Assembly (NCBI GenBank): GCA_026707815.1
Contig: JAPOWB010000003.1
Location: 3,380-67,379, forward strand
From: Candidatus Saccharimonadota bacterium
Lineage (GTDB): Bacteria > Patescibacteriota > Saccharimonadia > Saccharimonadales > VXPC01
Direction of reading: 5' to 3'
Length of the DNA stretch: 64,000 bases
Positions 48,601 to 57,558 of this stretch are shown in pieces. The position numbers were made by a program, and so were the translations under genes. The stretch's first letter is position 1; every line of letters starts with the position of its first letter. The notes under the pieces are model-generated. The model made no database searches. It saw only the letters and a program-made list of their open reading frames with translations, and was not told where the DNA came from.

Positions 48601-49264
48601 TGGGCATACCAATAGCAAGAATATGAGTCGGATATAAGCAATCAAATCCTACAGATGGTTGCGATTTATAAGTTGACCAATTGGTTGTAGCAGATGATGG
48701 TATAGCTGTTGTTGTCGTAGGTCTGACTAATTGCCCATAAGTCTTACAATGTTCAAAAATAAATTTTCCATAATCCTCATTAGTGCCACTAATAGGCAGA
48801 TACTGGTATTCAATTCTTTGAGTTTTATTGGTTAAAGTCAGTAAGGCTACATTGGGATTGGCAGAACTAGCGATTTTTTGAGATAAAGTTTCTGGGATTG
48901 TCTGAACAACACCATTAGTTAGATATGTAGCATCAGTAGCATATGAAAAACTATTTGGAACAACAAATGGTGGGGGAGCATTAGATGATGTCAAGCCACT
49001 AATGGTTCTGCCTGTATAGGCTGACAAATAAAGGTCTTCTCTGAGTTGATTGACATAGGGACGCAAGTCATTAATCCCAGTCTCAGCAGCATAGCGAGCT
49101 TGTTGATTTAACTGATTCTCAACTGTCTCTGAATGCCCAATATTGACGATTTGAGCAAAAGATAAAGAAATCAAAGCTAAAATAAACATCACAGAAAAGC
49201 TGATATAAATTGAAACAGCTCCCACTTGATTAGAAACTAGTGCTTTAATTTTGGGATTTATCAA
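45620..49264 (-). CDS. giant PilX-N-like anchored surface protein with FG-GAP/integrin-like repeats (1214 aa)
   Basis: The N-terminus GAVSIYISFSVMFILALISLSFAQ...ARYAAETGIND resembles the PilX N-terminal (minor-pilin-like) domain. FG-GAP-like repeats are present: EQFGRAVSL, GFGSSVANYGDDVIIGA, GDRFGQSVALTSGVLAVGS. TTG start. Confidence 0.6.
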   Translation of the reverse strand: MINPKIKALVSNQVGAVSIYISFSVMFILALISLSFAQIVNIGHSETVENQLNQQARYAAETGINDLRPYVNQLREDLYLSAYTGRTISGLTSSNAPPPFVVPNSFSYATDATYLTNGVVQTIPETLSQKIASSANPNVALLTLTNKTQRIEYQYLPISGTNEDYGKFIFEHCKTYGQLVRPTTTTAIPSSATTNWSTYKSQPSVGFDCLYPTHILAIGMPNKGSQGGLKIYTYNWADREWQAKNNCTADQDANPSNHKLQDCKVLKADGVEEQFGRAVSLYKDSSNKVYLGVASISDAPSNKYSRLYIYKLDTSNLTTQSWNWDLELYTSDTQLKKIQSLDLITDARSLSGKTLNSDKLAFLTTHDVAYMTAPPSSSASLTHCGTTKIDPDGNPSTHDSQWKFIILNNFDHDNNPSTPTKFYWGYECSHPQILKTTPSTTINSYHPDENGGVHTNQIRCRTLSSLSDAVAFQPIYNTADTHRIGWRCMIKELQSGDLATYSRLHGSNQLHQYTVYPAGGFDHGDDFKPPVFTATDEINATFIDNNPREIVVSLNSDPNCSNCVTPRALIKRDHSGGRIEYDAPRTPDTLILLHIRRNDFQGFGSSVANYGDDVIIGAKLSDKEEDGTTLSGKATGAVYRYEHSSSHGLINEDVDIDNLRNNNIVQNGDRFGQSVALTSGVLAVGSKDAVHVFGPVDTPIAPVDPNSINVPTIDVQYQWNYLTEVATVWAQGKVPADSPRHLNQATWGYYVAVNTPPSDCNPDDYSGISNSDYIRIDARSVTAPSPIVGVTPPLPNADVGVPSSESVRMRFPKSARSNTIYVCFTIEDQETPANDYYSKPIRVDSNTGQSTYRALLSGGGVDCLKKSDPRFNNLANQFRWDFWQDPQADGDVGYTCLDLELNPDDIRYDGVSHDHSFNALLKTQSRMGKLKIKWRKQDLGDPPYNYIPSAAFQYPQLPRYNDWNLDATILQVQITALDSSGFSRQSLAQNTKIFYLYPSDNYSQPGDTATLASKGNPRATKSRSNFANIKPGDIIHGRCNAKGNCQHILKFPKVIAAIRDTDPQIDPGDNTQYLINITSFYGKADITLKGYRGIHFNNPLNITDDLNQDKKIWQDTEDSLPFLDVQAVLRATGRAEGIKVRLEERISLLPPVPLPESGIHTATSICKLLISDPDYGTILEHPTADLDDVQHETGRVLRYGPDTAEIDANCRVYH

Positions 49265-49341
49265 AGTTTAAATGTTTATTTTAGTGAACTTACGTATCTG
49301 TAATTATATCTTAAATGAGATTAAAATAATGTTGTATTTTC

Positions 49342-50388
49342 TTAATAAGCAATGATACCACCACCGAGAACTAAATTATCTTGATATAAAACAGCTGACT
49401 GACCTTGGGCTGTGGTCTTAATTGGCTGTTTAAATCTTAATTCAGCTGACTGATTAGATGATAGATTAATCTGCAGAGGATATAATGCTCCTAAATGACG
49501 AATTCTGACTTGATGGATTAGATTTTTTTGAGGTTTGACCAACCAGTGAGTCAATCTAAGTTTTAAAGATGTTGCCCAAAATTTAGGATGGTTTAAATTT
49601 TGGCTAACATACACTTGATTTTTGGTCATATTTTTGCCAGTTACATAATACGGTAGCCCCCCGCCAATATTTAGGCCGTGCCTTTGACCTAATGTATAAA
49701 AAATAGCTCCCTGATGTTGACCAATAATTTGACCTTGATCATTAATGATATCCCCTGGCTGAGTTTGGGCGTAATTTTTTAGAAAATTGACCATACCTAC
49801 CGAACCAACAAAACATAAGCCCATGCTCTCAGCTCGTTGAGCAGTTGGTAAATTTAGTTGACTGGCTAATTGTCGAACCTCCCTTTTTAACATCTTACCT
49901 AAAGGAAAGAGGGTTTTCTTTAGAGATTCTTTGGGTACTCTATATAAAAAATAGGTTTGATCTTTAGTCTGATCAGTTGCTTTATATAGATTTTCATGAT
50001 CCGTCTTAGCGTAATGACCAGTAGCGATAAGGTCAGCTCCTGCTTTCATCGAAGCTTTGAAAAATAAATCGAACTTGACAGTCTGATTACAGCGAATATC
50101 AGGATTAGGAGTTCTACCTTGAGTGTATTCTTCCAGCATATAATCAACGACTAAATCCTTATATTCAGTCTGAAAATCAAAAACCAGAAGTTTGATATTT
50201 AAAAATGTAGCTAACTGTTTAGCAGCTAAATAATCTTCCCGCCAAGGACATTGATATAAGCCAATATCTTGTGTCCAATTTTTCATATATACGCCTACCA
50301 CTTTATAACCCTGCTGCAGCAATAGATAGGCTGTTAGAGAACTATCCACTCCACCTGATAAACCGACAAAAACTACTTTCTGACTCAT
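49342..50388 (-). CDS. mnmA: tRNA 2-thiouridine(34) synthase
   Basis: PP-loop VGLSGGVDSS, catalytic Cys context (NPDIRCN, GLCFVG). 348 aa. Confidence 0.9.
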   Translation of the reverse strand: MSQKVVFVGLSGGVDSSLTAYLLLQQGYKVVGVYMKNWTQDIGLYQCPWREDYLAAKQLATFLNIKLLVFDFQTEYKDLVVDYMLEEYTQGRTPNPDIRCNQTVKFDLFFKASMKAGADLIATGHYAKTDHENLYKATDQTKDQTYFLYRVPKESLKKTLFPLGKMLKREVRQLASQLNLPTAQRAESMGLCFVGSVGMVNFLKNYAQTQPGDIINDQGQIIGQHQGAIFYTLGQRHGLNIGGGLPYYVTGKNMTKNQVYVSQNLNHPKFWATSLKLRLTHWLVKPQKNLIHQVRIRHLGALYPLQINLSSNQSAELRFKQPIKTTAQGQSAVLYQDNLVLGGGIIAY

Positions 50389-50393
50389 AATAT

Positions 50394-51533
50394 CTATTCA
50401 GCTAATATGTGAGCTAATTTTTTAATCACAACTTTAAGTTGTTGCTGGGTAGTTTCGTAATTAAATGAAAATCTAAGTGAGCTATAAATTTCCGCCTTAG
50501 AGTAGCCTAAAAATTTCAAACTACTTGTTTCAAATAAATCAGATTGACTATGGCAAGCTGAACCAATGCCAACATAGATATTGGATTGACTTAGTCTCAA
50601 AACTAAGGTCTCATTGTCTTGATTAGGAAATATTGCTGTCGTTATATGTGGACTACGATTTTTGACTTTACCTAAAACAATTTGACCGCCCAATTTAACT
50701 AATTGATCTTCAAACCATAGTTGTAATTTAGTTAGTCGTCGCACCTGAATACTTTTTTTATGAGCAATCATTTCTAAAGCCAATGTTAAAGCCGAAACCG
50801 TCATTAATGATTCATTGCCAGTCAATGGCATGTCAGATAGCTGATTCTGAGGAACGCCAAATGGTGATTTGAGACTTTGCTTTGAATAAAGTAATCCGCT
50901 TTGCCTGAAAGCATAGAATTTACCGCCATTGTAAGTAACAAAGTCAGCATCAGCCAGAGCTTGAGGCTGTAAATTATATGTTAAAGCCATTTGAGAAGCA
51001 TCTACATGTAATAAAAGAGGCAATTTAGACTGGCAATCCTGTCTTTTTTGTCTTATATCATTTAATATTTTTTTTAATTTAGAGAATGGCTGAATAATGC
51101 CCAGTTCGCTATTAATGCCAGCTATACTTAAGCAGCTAACATCTGAATTTATCTGAGCCAAGATTCCTAAATCAATCTGACCTGTCTTGGAATCAACAGG
51201 AATTAAAGAATCAGCTTGGAGTTTTAATGAATCATGGTCAATATTTAAAGCGACAATTTGCCCTTGAGGATATGTTCTTCTAATACTGGCAAACAACCAA
51301 TGATTAGTTATTGTTGCCCCGCCAGTAAAGATTAAATTATTGAGTTTGACTCCTAAAATCTGAGCTAATCGGCGACGATAATCAACCAATAAATCACTGG
51401 CTATTCTTGCCCCCTGATATAAGGCTGAAGGATTATAGTAATATTGCTTAGCTAATTTAAGGCTCTCTTTCAAAATGCTGGGAGACAAAGGTGTTCCTGC
51501 TGCTGAATCAAGATAGATTTCTTTCGAAGTCAT
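50394..51533 (-). CDS. class V aminotransferase / cysteine desulfurase-like
   Basis: IYLDSAAGTP N-terminus, HVDASQ (PLP-Lys region) and GSACHS active-site Cys loop. ATG at 51533 is preferred to TTG at 51578. Confidence 0.75.
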   Translation of the reverse strand: MTSKEIYLDSAAGTPLSPSILKESLKLAKQYYYNPSALYQGARIASDLLVDYRRRLAQILGVKLNNLIFTGGATITNHWLFASIRRTYPQGQIVALNIDHDSLKLQADSLIPVDSKTGQIDLGILAQINSDVSCLSIAGINSELGIIQPFSKLKKILNDIRQKRQDCQSKLPLLLHVDASQMALTYNLQPQALADADFVTYNGGKFYAFRQSGLLYSKQSLKSPFGVPQNQLSDMPLTGNESLMTVSALTLALEMIAHKKSIQVRRLTKLQLWFEDQLVKLGGQIVLGKVKNRSPHITTAIFPNQDNETLVLRLSQSNIYVGIGSACHSQSDLFETSSLKFLGYSKAEIYSSLRFSFNYETTQQQLKVVIKKLAHILAE

Positions 51534-51903
51534 TGTTGCTTTACTTAAGAATATATTAACTAAAAAAGCTAATCTCAATTATAGATTAACTCGTCATGAA
51601 TCTGATTATTCAGTCAATTCAAAGTAGAAGGTCAGAACACCTTTCAATTAAGTCAAACACAGTGTTACTAGTATAATCGTTAGCTATATACATTGGATGA
51701 GATTCGCTGTTAAAGCAAACGACCAACAGCAAATCTTATCCATTATAGTAATCTCAGTTCTTAAAATTTGCTGAGCGGTGCAAAGAATTTTTTAAAGCTT
51801 TTTATTTTAAAAACTAGCCTTTCAATATCATAAAGAGAAACTATGGGCTTGTCAAATGAGCTTAACAATATCTGATGATAAGCCCAGCCTCCACTCTTTC
51901 AAG

Positions 51904-52776
51904 CTATTTACCTATTCTCCAAATACCCTTCTCTCTAAAGGCAGGTATCGTCTGTCGTTTAGCTTTGGCTAAACAACTATGCATAGACAGATTATTCTGT
52001 TTAGCAAATTCAGTTAGCCTAATGATATCTTTTGACTCTAAATAAGCTAGTCGTTTATTGAGAGATTCAGTAATAGCAGATTCGAGTAGTCTAATCATCT
52101 TAGTGGCATTAGTAATTTTTCTAACATGTTGATATTTGCTAAAAACTGGATAATATTCGGTGTGTTTACTTTTATTCCTAATAATAATTGGTGGAAATCC
52201 TAGATTAGCCAGTTGTTGATTAATTAATACCCGACCGATACGCCCGTTGCCATCACAGAATGGGTGAATATATTCAAATTCAAGATGAAAGAGAGCAATT
52301 TTCTCTATAAAATTATGCTCAATATTTTCATTATATTGGCGCAATGCTTCTGCTAATAATCGCTCAACATGCTCTGGGGCAGGAGCAATGTGATCGGCAA
52401 TTCTCACAAATTCTCCAGCTTGTCTCACTCGACCGGCAATGAAATCATTAATCCCACCAATTAGAAAACGATGAAGTAAAAGAATAAGACTTAAATCAAT
52501 CTTCTGTTCTTTTCTGCTATTTAAATAATCAATAACATTAGATAAATTCTTGGCTTCATATAATTCACGAATACTGATCTGCCTCCGTACAGATTGTTCT
52601 AAGAGTATCCGAGAGGTTTCCGCCAATGTCAGTGTAGAATTTTCAATAGCATTGGAATTATACACTTGCTCGATTAACTCCACTTTGTCAATTTTTTCGA
52701 GTAATGAAAATCTGTTACTTTTTAACTGATCATATAGTTTTTTGAGCTGGAGAATTTTTTGTAATCTTGTATTCAT
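51904..52776 (-). CDS. Fic family protein (class II, intact)
   Basis: Fic motif HPFCDGNGRIGR and N-terminal inhibitory-helix motif SNAIEN, matching (S/T)xxxE(G/N). Confidence 0.85.
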   Translation of the reverse strand: MNTRLQKILQLKKLYDQLKSNRFSLLEKIDKVELIEQVYNSNAIENSTLTLAETSRILLEQSVRRQISIRELYEAKNLSNVIDYLNSRKEQKIDLSLILLLHRFLIGGINDFIAGRVRQAGEFVRIADHIAPAPEHVERLLAEALRQYNENIEHNFIEKIALFHLEFEYIHPFCDGNGRIGRVLINQQLANLGFPPIIIRNKSKHTEYYPVFSKYQHVRKITNATKMIRLLESAITESLNKRLAYLESKDIIRLTEFAKQNNLSMHSCLAKAKRQTIPAFREKGIWRIGK

Positions 52777-53093
52777 AAAGAAATGATAGCAAATTTAATG
52801 ATAATTATGAAGAAAAACATTAATCTATATACAATAATTATATTTTTAACGAAATATGGACAAGATTTATATTAAACTTACAAGCTGTGTGAATATTTCC
52901 AATTTTTTATTATTTTGCAATCATTACTGGTTACTATGAAAGAGCTAAAACTAGTATTGCAAACAAATAAATTTTAGAATGCTCTTATGATAACTTCTGC
53001 AAAGCCACTTGGCTTCGAGATAACCTAGATCAATATATTAATCCACTTTCTCTTGGCAAGATATAGTCAATATTGTTCAGATATAATAGAAAG

Positions 53094-54197
53094 TTAATCT
53101 AGGATTGTGAGCAATTTATTGAAAACTAAAATTCGCTTAGTTTTCATCGGATTTTCATTCAGTTGATCAACCAATCCAGCAGCTAGAAACTTATCCAGCA
53201 GACTGTAGGCGGTCTGGCTATTGGTGATACCCGCTCGTTTAGCTATGCCTTTAAGAGAGAAAATAGGCATCTTAAACAAAGCCTCCAAAAATGCTGAAGC
53301 ATATTTGGAATTAAATTTTGGTAATTCTTGGCTCATCTCTCTATGCAGTTCTTCAATCTGTTCGACCGTTTTTTTGGAGGTCTTAGCTTGTTGTCGTACA
53401 GCTTGCAAAAAGAAACTAATCCAATAAATCCAATCTCCTTCCACGCTGACTAAATTGAGAGCTTCATAATAGTCTCTCCTATGCTTTTCCAGAAATTCGG
53501 AGATATATAGGTTGGGCAAATATGTTAATCCTTGTTTATATAAATATAGAGATATGAGCAATCGCCCAATGCGACCATTACCATCCTCAAAGGGGTGGAT
53601 AGCCTCAAATTGGTAATGTGCTATGGCTGCCTAGATTAGCTTATCACATTCCCTATAGTTAGTCTGTAAATAATATATCAGATTCTCCATTAGCCTATTC
53701 ACTTCAGTGTGAGGGGGCGGGATATAAACAGCTTCCTCAATAGTTGCTCCGGGATAGCCTATATAGACTTGGTTTTGCCTAAAATTGCCGGGTTGCTTAT
53801 CTTTTCCCCTGACCGAATTAAGCAACACAGCATGCAATTCACAAATCATATCAATAGAAATATTACTTTCAGCCAGTAGTCTACGCTCTTCATTCATTGC
53901 CTGTCTGTAATTGTAGATTTCTTCATAATCCTTTCGCTTTTCAGTTGTTCTATCTTGCATCGCTCTAGCATCATATTCGAATACTTCCCTCAGGCTGGCT
54001 TGGGTACCCTCAATTCTAGAACTTAAGACGGCCTCTTTAGTTTCAAAAGATCTTCGGATGAGCATTGGATTGGGTAGTCGCTTGATAGATTCGTCATATC
54101 TAGCTAGTGCATCACGAGTATCCGCTACCAGCTTCAGTATACTGGATAAATCTAATTGGGGAGGTAGATTGGGTGGTATGAAAGAAGTTGGCTCCAT
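53094..54197 (-). pseudogene. Fic family gene interrupted by one in-frame TAG (53631-53633)
   Basis: Track ORFs 53631..54197 and 53094..53561 share a frame. The 69 nt between them encode AAIAHYQFEAIHPFEDGNGRIGRL, the Fic active site. The inhibitory motif SSRIEG is present in the N-terminal part. Confidence 0.8.
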
Positions 54198-54216
54198 GCC
54201 GGAAATTGTAATATAT

Positions 54217-54270
54217 CCAATTCTAGTTAATACTTGTAAACTAGAATTGGATTCAAATAAATTCTAGTTA
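54217..54270 (-). promoter_or_regulatory. operator-like repeat cluster upstream of the interrupted Fic gene
   Basis: Perfect 12-bp inverted repeat CCAATTCTAGTT / AACTAGAATTGG (54217-28 / 54239-50). A third copy AATTCTAGTTA lies at 54260-70. The cluster sits 20-75 nt upstream of the ATG at 54197. Confidence 0.45.
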
Positions 54271-54539
54271 TAAGGCTTATACTGGAATTGGAGCATTTCA
54301 ATTTCCAGACTTTGTAAAAAACCTATGCTCCAACTCCAGTATTCAGCCACTTTTTATAATTCTGCAAGGTAATTTTTGATCTAAAATTAAGTTAACATTG
54401 ACTATTTCAAGTCAGTTGGCTAATTTCAAATAAATGACCTTAGTGAATCTAGAATTAATGTTAAGAATTACAATAATGTAAAGTTAACACAAAAGAACTA
54501 ACATTTCTGCCGCAGAAACCAAAATTAAATGCTTAAAAT

Positions 54540-54917
54540 TTACCAGTTCTGTTCAGGATATAAGCTGGTTAAAACATAATCCCGATAAGCTTGAATCATC
54601 TCTAATAAATGCTGAGATTCAGCTACATCTAACTTATACCACTTATCAGAATTAAAATATTGTTTATAAATTTTCGAATCTAAAATCTTATAACGAATAG
54701 CCACTTCCTTTAATTGGGAATTTTGATCATACCATTTGTCATACCAAATCCAATTAGTTTCATCCCAGCAGAAAAATTCTCTCTGAGCTCCCTTCTCTAT
54801 GACTCCGAACAATAAGCCACCCAATTGGGCTTCTTGTTTGATTAGTTTAGAATAATCAAAATCTTTTTTAGATTTATCTTTTTGGGATTGAGCTGGTTTT
54901 GTTGCTAGATTTAACAT
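54540..54917 (-). CDS. hypothetical Trp/Tyr-rich protein (125 aa)
   Basis: Clean ORF with host-like composition. No motif recognised. Confidence 0.45.
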   Translation of the reverse strand: MLNLATKPAQSQKDKSKKDFDYSKLIKQEAQLGGLLFGVIEKGAQREFFCWDETNWIWYDKWYDQNSQLKEVAIRYKILDSKIYKQYFNSDKWYKLDVAESQHLLEMIQAYRDYVLTSLYPEQNW

Positions 54918-54924
54918 AAATTTA

Positions 54925-55083
54925 TTATCGTCTCCTAGATTTAGATTGAGACTGATTAGTAATTGACCAAACAGCTGTTTCAGTTCTCTTCAAAGCTTTT
55001 TGCAATTGCGTAATGCGTTGTTGACGAAGTTGCAGGTCATAACTTGTTGCCGTTGGGAGTGTTTTAATAATGCGATTTAACAT
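54925..55083 (-). CDS. possible small ORF (52 aa, basic or coiled-coil)
   Basis: Found by hand and below the track cutoff: MLNRIIKTLPTATSYDLQLRQQRITQLQKALKRTE.... Its stop lies 7 nt before the start of 54540..54917. Confidence 0.25.
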   Translation of the reverse strand: MLNRIIKTLPTATSYDLQLRQQRITQLQKALKRTETAVWSITNQSQSKSRRR

Positions 55084-55192
55084 AAAAATGCTTACAAATT
55101 CAATAATTAGTTTTAACCCATCTTATATAGTATTTAATTCTTATATTATATCATGATAATGACTTTATATCAATTTCAGTTTATAAATATCT

Positions 55193-55999
55193 CTAGTCTG
55201 TAGGAATAGCTATATTGAATAAAGTTTGAGCGTTTTTAGTAGTTTGACGACAGAAAAGTTGATCTTCTTCATTTCTGAAATCAATTAAAAAATTGGCAAT
55301 TTGCCTGAGATAATGAGGTTTATTCATCTTGCCTCTAAATGGTTTAGGAGTTAGATAAGGGGCATCAGTTTCTAAGAGCAATCTACTAGAAGGAATAGAT
55401 TTAGCAGCTAAAAGCTGATCTTTGTCTTGGCTGAAAGTCATGATGCCGTTTAAGCCAAAATATAGATCATCATAGGTTAATCCCTTTTTAACTTGCTTGA
55501 GAGAATCAGAAAAACTATGCAAACTACCGGGTAATTTATAATCATCATAAATTGACCAAAAATCTTCAAAAGCAGATCTAACATGGAAAATTAAAGGTAA
55601 ATTTAATTCACCAGCTAAATTCAGTTGCCATTGAAAAATTTGTTTTTGGCGAGCTTTGATTTCTGAATCATGATGATAAAAATAATCTAAACCACATTCA
55701 CCAATGGCTACCAACTTATCCTTGTATTGAGCATCAAGGCTTAACTGACGTAATTGCTCGAACATTTCCTTTAACTCTGTTAAGGGCTTGACTCCAAGAT
55801 GGGGATGAAGTCCTAAACTAGCATAGCAATTTGGATTTTTCAGGCAAAAATCTAAAGCTTCTTGAGAAGATTTCAAATCTGTGCCAACACAAATCATTGC
55901 ATCAATCTTGTTAAGTTGAGCTTGCTTCAAAACATCCTCTATAAGAAAGTCATAATTTGAATCATGAATATGACAATGAGTATCAACTAGAGAAGTCAT
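55193..55999 (-). CDS. tatD: TatD-family metal-dependent hydrolase/DNase
   Basis: LVDTHCHI N-terminal motif, GECGLDY, SFS...LETDAPYL. Confidence 0.85.
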   Translation of the reverse strand: MTSLVDTHCHIHDSNYDFLIEDVLKQAQLNKIDAMICVGTDLKSSQEALDFCLKNPNCYASLGLHPHLGVKPLTELKEMFEQLRQLSLDAQYKDKLVAIGECGLDYFYHHDSEIKARQKQIFQWQLNLAGELNLPLIFHVRSAFEDFWSIYDDYKLPGSLHSFSDSLKQVKKGLTYDDLYFGLNGIMTFSQDKDQLLAAKSIPSSRLLLETDAPYLTPKPFRGKMNKPHYLRQIANFLIDFRNEEDQLFCRQTTKNAQTLFNIAIPTD

Positions 56000-57435
56000 T
56001 AGCTGATCTTTGTTAAAGGAGGTTGAGATAAGACCTTAATCGGATTAGATTGAAAGATTTCAGCAATAATCTGACTGGTCTCAGGAAGAAAAGGATTTAA
56101 AAATCGTTGGAGATCTTTGAGATTAACAGCTACCCTATTTAAGATCTCAGCTACCTGATCTTGATTATCTATCGACCAAGGTTTAGTTAACTCTAGATAA
56201 CGATTCAGCTCTTTTATTTCTTTGAAAATTAAATTTAATGCCTGATCAAATCGACACTTGGCAATGAATTGGTGGTAATTAGATTCTAAATCTGGCTGAA
56301 AAAAATCAACCTGAACATTGTCTGGTAGTTTACCATCTAATTTTTGCCAAATTAGATTTTGTAATCGATGAATCAAATTACCTAATTGATCGACTAACTC
56401 ATTATTATAAGCAGCTAGAAATCTGCCTTGACTATAATCGCCATTTTCATAGGCTGGTAAATGACGCAGGAAAAAATATCTGAAGGCATCTAAGCCATAT
56501 CTATTCACTAAATCGAGGGGATCAACGACATTACCTAAAGTTTTAGACATCTTTTGTCCATCAACTGTCACTAAACCATGAACATATAATTGCTTATACA
56601 CTGGCAAATTTAAAGCTAAAAGCATAGCTGGCCAAATCACAGCATGAAATCTAAGAATATCACGACCAATAATCTGAACATCAGCTGGCCAATGACTTTT
56701 AAATTTTGAACCATCGGGATAATCCAAAACCGTAATATAGTTTAATAGGGCATCAAACCAGACATAAATTATTTGCTGATCATCGCCCGGGACATGAATA
56801 CCCCATTTCAAACTGCTGGTTGGTCGAGAGATACTAATATCTTCTAAGCCGGAATTAAGAAAGCTTAAAATTTCATTCTTAGCTACTTGAGGGACAATCT
56901 TAAGCTGATCCTTCTCGATTAAAATTTTTAACCGATCAGCAAAAACTGAAAGTTTGAAAAAATAATTGGTTTCTTTGAGTCGCTTGTAAGCTTGTTTGTG
57001 ATCAGGGCATTGACCTTGATTATCTTTAACTGTTGTTGGAGTCTTATAATCTTCACAACCCTGACAATACCAACCCTCATAGGTATCTTGATAAATATAT
57101 TGAGACATTTTCTGCCAAGCTGATTGAACAGCTTGGATATGACTGGGATTAGTCGTTCTAATAAAATGACTGTAGCTGATTTGGAGTTTCTCAGCCATAA
57201 TTTTAAAATGTCTAGAGTTTTGATCAACAAAATCTCTGATATCTAGATTTAGATTTAAAGCTTGGTCATAAACTTTGCCCCCATGCTCATCTGTACCAAT
57301 GCTGAAAACAACATTGCGACCTAACTGCCTCTGGTAACGAGCCAGAACATCGCCATAGGTAAACAGCAAAGCATGTCCTAAATGGGGTTGGGCATTAACA
57401 TAGGGAATAGCTGTAGCAACATAAAATTGATTCAT
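55999..57435 (-). CDS. metG: methionyl-tRNA synthetase (short form)
   Basis: Class I HIGH-type motif (AQPHLGHA) and KMSKS (KMSKT). 478 aa. Confidence 0.9.
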   Translation of the reverse strand: MNQFYVATAIPYVNAQPHLGHALLFTYGDVLARYQRQLGRNVVFSIGTDEHGGKVYDQALNLNLDIRDFVDQNSRHFKIMAEKLQISYSHFIRTTNPSHIQAVQSAWQKMSQYIYQDTYEGWYCQGCEDYKTPTTVKDNQGQCPDHKQAYKRLKETNYFFKLSVFADRLKILIEKDQLKIVPQVAKNEILSFLNSGLEDISISRPTSSLKWGIHVPGDDQQIIYVWFDALLNYITVLDYPDGSKFKSHWPADVQIIGRDILRFHAVIWPAMLLALNLPVYKQLYVHGLVTVDGQKMSKTLGNVVDPLDLVNRYGLDAFRYFFLRHLPAYENGDYSQGRFLAAYNNELVDQLGNLIHRLQNLIWQKLDGKLPDNVQVDFFQPDLESNYHQFIAKCRFDQALNLIFKEIKELNRYLELTKPWSIDNQDQVAEILNRVAVNLKDLQRFLNPFLPETSQIIAEIFQSNPIKVLSQPPLTKIS

Positions 57436-57558
57436 TATAGATACACTTGATAATTCATTTTTCTCTACTTTCCATTAAATCATAAAGGCTAGTTTTTAAA
57501 TTCCAATTTTTCTCAGAAAGCTAAATGTAAAAAACAGAAGTCTCAAAGTTTGACCCCT

